64,000 bases of DNA, from NCBI GenBank assembly GCA_002331495.1, contig DCYR01000007.1:29689-93688 (forward strand), read 5' to 3'. The position numbers were made by a program, and so were the translations under genes. Under the pieces are notes generated by a model, which was not told the DNA's origin, did no database searches, and saw only the letters and a program-made list of their open reading frames with translations. Positions 59,374 through 64,000 of the stretch are shown here, piece after piece. Source of the stretch: Patescibacteria group bacterium UBA2105. Lineage in GTDB: Bacteria; Patescibacteriota; Minisyncoccia; Phycocordibacterales; UBA2100. Position 1 is the stretch's first letter, and each line of letters begins with the position of its first letter.

Positions 59374-60099
59374 CTATTGGCTGTTAAGAGCGATCTCGAT
59401 GATTTGCTTGACGGCGCTAAACGGTTGCGCTCCCGAAAGCGGGAATGTGTCACCATTTGCAGCGATAACAACGCTCCACGGAGTACCCTGCCCACCGGAA
59501 GCGATGGCATTGTCGACATCATCTTGAATGTGCTGATCATATTTACCGCTTGCCACGCATTCGTCGACGGCAGTTTGAGATAGGCTGAGGTTCGAAATGA
59601 TCTCAGGCAAAACAGTTTCGAGGTCAGTCTGGTTGTTTGAAGGGGTCACTGCGAAAAAGGCGTCAGAAAACTCCCAGAAAGCGTCGTTGCCGGCAAGTTC
59701 CGCCACACACTCTGCCGTAGCAGCTTCTCTTCGGGCTTTTACCGGATGGAGCTGGTCAAGAGGAAAGTGTCGATACACCCACGCCACTTCCCCGCTATCA
59801 CCGTATTCATCCATGACTTGCCTCATGGTCACGTGAAAGCGTTTGCAGAAGGGACATTCGTAGTCGGAGTATTCGACGATTTTTACTGGAGCATCTATGC
59901 TGCCACGAATATGATCTTCGGAAGTGACGGGCCGGACCTGGTCCGTGGTGTCAATAAAGCTCGGGGGCGTTGGTGCAGGCTGCGCACTGGCAACCGGCGC
60001 ACGGGTGTTCCCAAGTGAGAAGAAGAGAGCGGCAGCCACCAAGGCTCCTGCAATCACAATTGCTCCGGGGATCGCATAGTTGACATTATTTGATTGCAT
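59374..60099 (-). CDS. DsbA-family thiol:disulfide oxidoreductase (secreted/anchored)
   Basis: Signal anchor and CPFCKRF active site in a thioredoxin fold. Confidence 0.75.
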   Translation of the reverse strand: MQSNNVNYAIPGAIVIAGALVAAALFFSLGNTRAPVASAQPAPTPPSFIDTTDQVRPVTSEDHIRGSIDAPVKIVEYSDYECPFCKRFHVTMRQVMDEYGDSGEVAWVYRHFPLDQLHPVKARREAATAECVAELAGNDAFWEFSDAFFAVTPSNNQTDLETVLPEIISNLSLSQTAVDECVASGKYDQHIQDDVDNAIASGGQGTPWSVVIAANGDTFPLSGAQPFSAVKQIIEIALNSQ

Positions 60100-60205
60100 A
60101 TCGTTTTCTTTTGTTTGCTAGTAAGACTTATCTTTACGCGTAAGCGTTTCTTTGCGGTAGAGCGTACAAATTCCTCATACGCTCGTCGCGAGTAAATTCC
60201 TAAAG

Positions 60206-60649
60206 TCAGGTGCTCTCGTACAGCCGAGGGTGAATGATGCCGCGACGAAATGCGTCCTGCAGGTCATTGATAATACTCGGTGTCATGCGTATGGCTACGA
60301 CTGTCGCGAATTTATGTAGGCCGGGAGGTTCTCCAACCATTCCCTCAAACAGCGGGCGAGTCGCCAATAAGCTCACTACGGCAAGCAAAAGCAACAAGCC
60401 TCCCACCGGACCTAAGAATTCTCTAGAAACTGGCGAAGAAGCAGCAGACGACGCGTCGCCACACTCTGCAAAAGCCGGTAATGGCACGATCGTGTGATCA
60501 ACAAGGGAAAGCTGCCCGCATGAGAGAATTACTGATACAAAAACAAACAAAGCCCCTACAACAGCCATTTTTTTTCCCAAAGAATATCCCATACTTACAA
60601 TAGAAGTAGTATACCCAAAATAGCTTTTGCAACAAATGACTCCATGCAT
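60206..60649 (-). CDS. Hypothetical membrane protein
   Basis: Two hydrophobic helices; flanked by ACGCGT-centred palindromes. Confidence 0.3.
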   Translation of the reverse strand: MHGVICCKSYFGYTTSIVSMGYSLGKKMAVVGALFVFVSVILSCGQLSLVDHTIVPLPAFAECGDASSAASSPVSREFLGPVGGLLLLLAVVSLLATRPLFEGMVGEPPGLHKFATVVAIRMTPSIINDLQDAFRRGIIHPRLYEST

Positions 60650-60655
60650 AACTAA

Positions 60656-60671
60656 CTGAAACGCGTTTCAG
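60656..60671. promoter_or_regulatory. 16-bp perfect palindrome CTGAAACGCGTTTCAG, 7 nt upstream of the start of the 60206..60649 gene
   Basis: Seen directly. A related palindrome, TTACGCGTAA, sits at 60133-60142 downstream of the same gene. Confidence 0.4.
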
Positions 60672-60821
60672 ATCAATGGCATGTGTGGGGTGAGTGGAGG
60701 TACCAGGGCACCCAAACTCACCGCCCAGAACGGTTAGGAGGTCGCTTTAGGATGCGGTTTCGTAACTTACCTTTCACATGAAGGCTACTACTAGAAAAAC
60801 AGGGAAGTCAAAACGAGGAAA

Positions 60822-61079
60822 TCAGGTCAAAGATTGAAGCTTCTCAACCAGCTTGTCTTTGCTTACACCTCCTGTGGAAAATAGCTCGTCATTAATGATG
60901 ATACCAGGTGATGCCATCACACTGTACTTCTGCACTAACTCCTGACCCTCAGGACTCGCAATGTCAACCTCGGTTACGGTAACTTTGCCTTCAAACTCAG
61001 GTAGCACTTCCTCGAATATTTTTTTAGCCTCGGCACAGTTGTGACATCCAACCATTGTTAGGAAAATGATAGTGTTCAT
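60822..61079 (-). CDS. Small thioredoxin/glutaredoxin-like protein
   Basis: GCHNCAEA CxxC motif in an 85-aa thioredoxin-fold-sized protein. Confidence 0.65.
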   Translation of the reverse strand: MNTIIFLTMVGCHNCAEAKKIFEEVLPEFEGKVTVTEVDIASPEGQELVQKYSVMASPGIIINDELFSTGGVSKDKLVEKLQSLT

Positions 61080-61116
61080 AGATAATTCTTATCTGGTAAG
61101 TTAACTAATAATTACG

Positions 61117-62163
61117 TTAAGGTGTTTGCCTCCGCTCCCGACGCCAATAAAAAGCAAGTGGCAAAACAATCAGCCCCAGTAGGGTTATCCAAGACCATGG
61201 CGCAGGTATGTAGTCAGGTGAGTCTGCGTGGTCGTCTACTTCTTCAATGATTACCTGGTCATGTCCATGTTGTTCGGGTGTTCCAGGTTCCTCTTCATGT
61301 TCCTCAATCTCCGCAATGCTACTATTCTCCCCTCCAGAAACCAATTGCACGACTTGATTCCAGCCTTTGTGAAGCACGGTACTTTCATACCATTGGTGTG
61401 ACGTTCCGCTAATAAAGATAAAGGCTCCCAAAATCACAAGGCTGATTCCTGTAATCTTCGATACCAGTGCTGTCTTGCTTGCAATACTGCTCACTGCGTT
61501 TACGCCAAGTATCCCCAAAATTGCCAAAAACAACAATGGAGTTGCTCGTCCTATGCCGTGAATAAACCCTAGCCACCACCCGCTGGCAGCTTCTCCTATA
61601 ACGGCTATGTTCCCAAGAAGAACGTAGAACAGGGGGTTAGGACACCCGACACCGGCATTTCCTAAGAACAAACCAAGGAAGAACGCTTTAAGGTAGTCCC
61701 CCTGGTTTTGTATAAATGCGGGATATGCGCCCCCGTAACTGGGAATGTTAAATCGGATCAGCTTTAACTCAGAGAGCCCAAATATAAAGGCAGAAAGGCC
61801 ACCGATTATAAACAGGATACGGCTCACGGTACCCGCCGAGCTGATCGCGTCGTCTAGACCGAGCGTTCCGCCAAGCAAGCCTACAAAAAGCCCGTACAGT
61901 GAAAGAGTTATAGAAACTCCAAGCCCAAAAAATATGGCCATGAACAGACCTTTCTTGGGTTCCTTGCCCATTGCCAGCGGTACAATCACAAATGCCAGTG
62001 GCAGTGTACACGGGAGTACAATCATGGAAAGCCCGACAACATAGGCAAACGCCACATTCGCCGTCTCCCCAGGGGTCATGAAAAGATAGAACCCTCCTAC
62101 TAACAAGGCTGAAAATAGTATGAAGGCAATAAATACGAGAGTCTTTTTCCAAACGTCTGTCAT
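61117..62163 (-). CDS. CcdA/DsbD-family transmembrane thiol-disulfide electron transporter with His-rich C-terminal extension
   Basis: LPCTLPLA Cys-in-TM1 motif; about 8 TM helices; C-terminal EHEEEPGTPEQHGHDQ... tail plus an extra TM. Confidence 0.6.
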   Translation of the reverse strand: MTDVWKKTLVFIAFILFSALLVGGFYLFMTPGETANVAFAYVVGLSMIVLPCTLPLAFVIVPLAMGKEPKKGLFMAIFFGLGVSITLSLYGLFVGLLGGTLGLDDAISSAGTVSRILFIIGGLSAFIFGLSELKLIRFNIPSYGGAYPAFIQNQGDYLKAFFLGLFLGNAGVGCPNPLFYVLLGNIAVIGEAASGWWLGFIHGIGRATPLLFLAILGILGVNAVSSIASKTALVSKITGISLVILGAFIFISGTSHQWYESTVLHKGWNQVVQLVSGGENSSIAEIEEHEEEPGTPEQHGHDQVIIEEVDDHADSPDYIPAPWSWITLLGLIVLPLAFYWRRERRQTP

Positions 62164-62193
62164 AGCTATTGATGTATTAAAGCAGAAGTATAG

Positions 62194-62685
62194 TTAATTG
62201 TCATTCCCCACATTCCAGACAAATACGCGCTCAGGAATATCTCCGATGTCGCGGGCAACAATAGTCACGCGTTTTGGCTTTGGTTGAATGGATTGGAAGG
62301 CAAGTACAATTTCGCGGTGGTGCCCCCCGGGCGGGTCGCCTTCCCACGAGGTAACAGGATACGTATTGTTCTTGTCATCGAGCAACACGAATGCTTGCGA
62401 TACGTCCATCGACAATTCAACACTGTGCGTGTTCAGTTCAAGTGCAAATTTCCAAAGCCCTTCCCCGCTCTCGCTATCAAAAGTATTAAGCGGCACCAAG
62501 GTAACAGTCACAGCTCCTTCATTGTTCACAAGTTCGGAGAGATCAGTGTTGTCGTCCCTTATCCTTACATCACTTATAACCTCGTTGTCTGGAGGGGTAG
62601 AGATGCTATTTTGCGCGGCCCAAAACCCGAGCAGGGTGAGAAACGCTATTCCGGCTAAAAATAATGAAAATGATGTCTTATTCAT
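62194..62685 (-). CDS. Hypothetical secreted protein
   Basis: Signal peptide; no family recognised. Confidence 0.3.
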   Translation of the reverse strand: MNKTSFSLFLAGIAFLTLLGFWAAQNSISTPPDNEVISDVRIRDDNTDLSELVNNEGAVTVTLVPLNTFDSESGEGLWKFALELNTHSVELSMDVSQAFVLLDDKNNTYPVTSWEGDPPGGHHREIVLAFQSIQPKPKRVTIVARDIGDIPERVFVWNVGNDN

Positions 62686-63136
62686 GGTGCTTGTTGAACG
62701 CTACTATCTTGCTTGCAATATAAAGAATGCCCAGTGCATTTGCCACTAAACCAACCCAAAAAAGTGATATTTGATATTGCGCGATCAATGTAACGAGTCC
62801 TGCAGTTCCAAGAACTGGCAGTATGTTAATCAAGTAATGAGCACAGCACGAAATCATGGCCGCAGTTGAGGTAGTACCTGAAACAGCAACAACACTACCG
62901 CCAGCTTGTTTGTTGTGCACACGCTTTCGTAAATATATGTACAATCCGACTTGAGTCCCAAACCCAAGAGCCAGACTCACGATGAAGAACCAGAAGGTCG
63001 CAAGCTGATCAAGCATGTACTCTTGACCAGAGACGAGTGTTAACACTAAAACATATATTCCGAATAATAACGAAGCCCCGAGAGTGCCCCATAGCAAGCT
63101 TTGTATTAGAGTCAGACGGTGTTCAATATCGGTCAT
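62678..63136 (-). CDS. Hypothetical membrane protein with CC motif
   Basis: Four hydrophobic helices; SCCAHY motif. Confidence 0.3.
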   Translation of the reverse strand: MTDIEHRLTLIQSLLWGTLGASLLFGIYVLVLTLVSGQEYMLDQLATFWFFIVSLALGFGTQVGLYIYLRKRVHNKQAGGSVVAVSGTTSTAAMISCCAHYLINILPVLGTAGLVTLIAQYQISLFWVGLVANALGILYIASKIVAFNKHHE

Positions 63137-63163
63137 ATGTTTAGAAAATATCCGAGGGTTCCT

Positions 63164-63994
63164 CTACACCCCGCAACCCGGCCCACTCTGCGGGGCGGTG
63201 GGTTTCATTGCTTGCAGGACATTATTAAACCCATAAGCACTTGAATAGTCTTCGCCAAGTACCAGCTTGGGATCGACATCAGCCCACGCAATTCCTTGGG
63301 CTTCGAAATAGGTTGCTATCGTGTAATAGACACCGGGGAACCAATAGGAGTTTACTTGTAGTGCAACTGTGTACATTTCATCCTCCGATGCTCCCTCAGC
63401 GGCAAGCAGTTCGAGCAGGCCAAGCATGGCCATACCGTGGTTGCAATCTGGGAAATACGTCGAGTTTCCACAGCACGGTCGGTAAATATTTTTTGCTACA
63501 CGCTCGACGAGTTCCTGTTGCTCCTTAGTTAGAGTCACAAATGTATGTGCGCTGTAGTGATCCATTGTGTCGCCAACAGCGAGAGTCCACCCACCAGTAG
63601 AGGCAAAATACTGTGCTCCTCCGTACTGTTCGTCTTGCATAGGCCCCTCTTCAAGAATGCGGTTCTTATTGGAAAGACCAAAAGCCCAGAGCAGATTGAG
63701 TATAATTCCAGAATTTTCAGGATTGATTATGATTCCTTCGTTCTGGGTACCATACAACATGTCTCGAGATTGAGCATCGAGACCTCCTCGTCGTGCATAC
63801 AAATCCTCAAAGGCCTCAGCATCGATTACTCCTTCTTTAACCATTTGTGAACCCAGGGACCCCCATGTAATCGGTAAAGCTACTCCCGCGGAAGGAGTCA
63901 CGATATCCTGATCAATAGGCACCGTTTGCGAGGCGAGAGGCACATCGTTTTTGCTTGCAAGCCTTCCATAGTCCCCCATTACAACAAGGAACAC
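63164..63994 (-). CDS. Hypothetical Cys-rich protein (possibly 5'-truncated by the window end)
   Basis: ORF reaches within 6 nt of the window end; motifs PCCGNSTYFPDCNHG and PGCGV. Confidence 0.3.
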   Translation of the reverse strand: MFLVVMGDYGRLASKNDVPLASQTVPIDQDIVTPSAGVALPITWGSLGSQMVKEGVIDAEAFEDLYARRGGLDAQSRDMLYGTQNEGIIINPENSGIILNLLWAFGLSNKNRILEEGPMQDEQYGGAQYFASTGGWTLAVGDTMDHYSAHTFVTLTKEQQELVERVAKNIYRPCCGNSTYFPDCNHGMAMLGLLELLAAEGASEDEMYTVALQVNSYWFPGVYYTIATYFEAQGIAWADVDPKLVLGEDYSSAYGFNNVLQAMKPTAPQSGPGCGV

Positions 63995-64000
63995 CGCGAT

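Overview
Overview: a gene-dense 64 kb window of about 50% GC. Roughly the first 38.5 kb is encoded almost entirely on the minus strand. Very few genes have a Shine-Dalgarno sequence. Several core proteins are short (AlaRS 642 aa, ATP synthase delta 127 aa). There are many hypothetical membrane or secreted proteins. By inference, this fits a small-genome bacterium of the CPR/Patescibacteria type.

Confident content, all on the minus strand unless stated:
- scpA (5' part, runs off the window start).
- M29 aminopeptidase.
- Asp/Asn-tRNA synthetase and trpS.
- An orphan sensor histidine kinase.
- A methyltransferase, an alpha/beta hydrolase and a plsC-like acyltransferase.
- grpE, then a small ribbon-helix-helix (RHH) gene, then dnaK and dnaJ.
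- A ribosomal/RNAP cluster: infA-rpmJ-rpsM-rpsK-rpsD-rpoA-rplQ-rplM-rpsI.
- alaS, an M16 peptidase (plus strand), mnmA and mltG.
- A very long leuS (1068-1101 aa).
- ychF.
- An RND efflux pair on the plus strand (membrane-fusion protein plus permease).
- truB and an RNHCP protein.
- A complete F1Fo operon, atpB-E-F-H-A-G-[CYTH]-D-C, with a CYTH-domain gene wedged between atpG and atpD.
- A sugar nucleotidyltransferase and a HAD hydrolase.
- A 3' island of thiol-disulfide and copper-type redox proteins: FNR-like reductase, ferric-reductase TM protein, cupredoxin-like proteins, DsbA, thioredoxin and CcdA.

No rRNA, tRNA, CRISPR array, transposase or integrase was recognised.

Most notable: (i) LeuRS carries a complete Nudix hydrolase domain inserted next to the leucyl-specific region, plus a second insertion of about 125 aa of unknown function. 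(ii) A CYTH gene with a variant N-terminal motif sits inside the ATP synthase operon. (iii) An RHH gene with its own palindromic operator sits between grpE and dnaK, where no HrcA/CIRCE system is visible. (iv) A TrpR-like regulator gene is bracketed by inverted copies of an identical 16-mer. (v) Several unusually long or perfect inverted repeats and hairpin-rich spacers may be small transcription units or ncRNAs.
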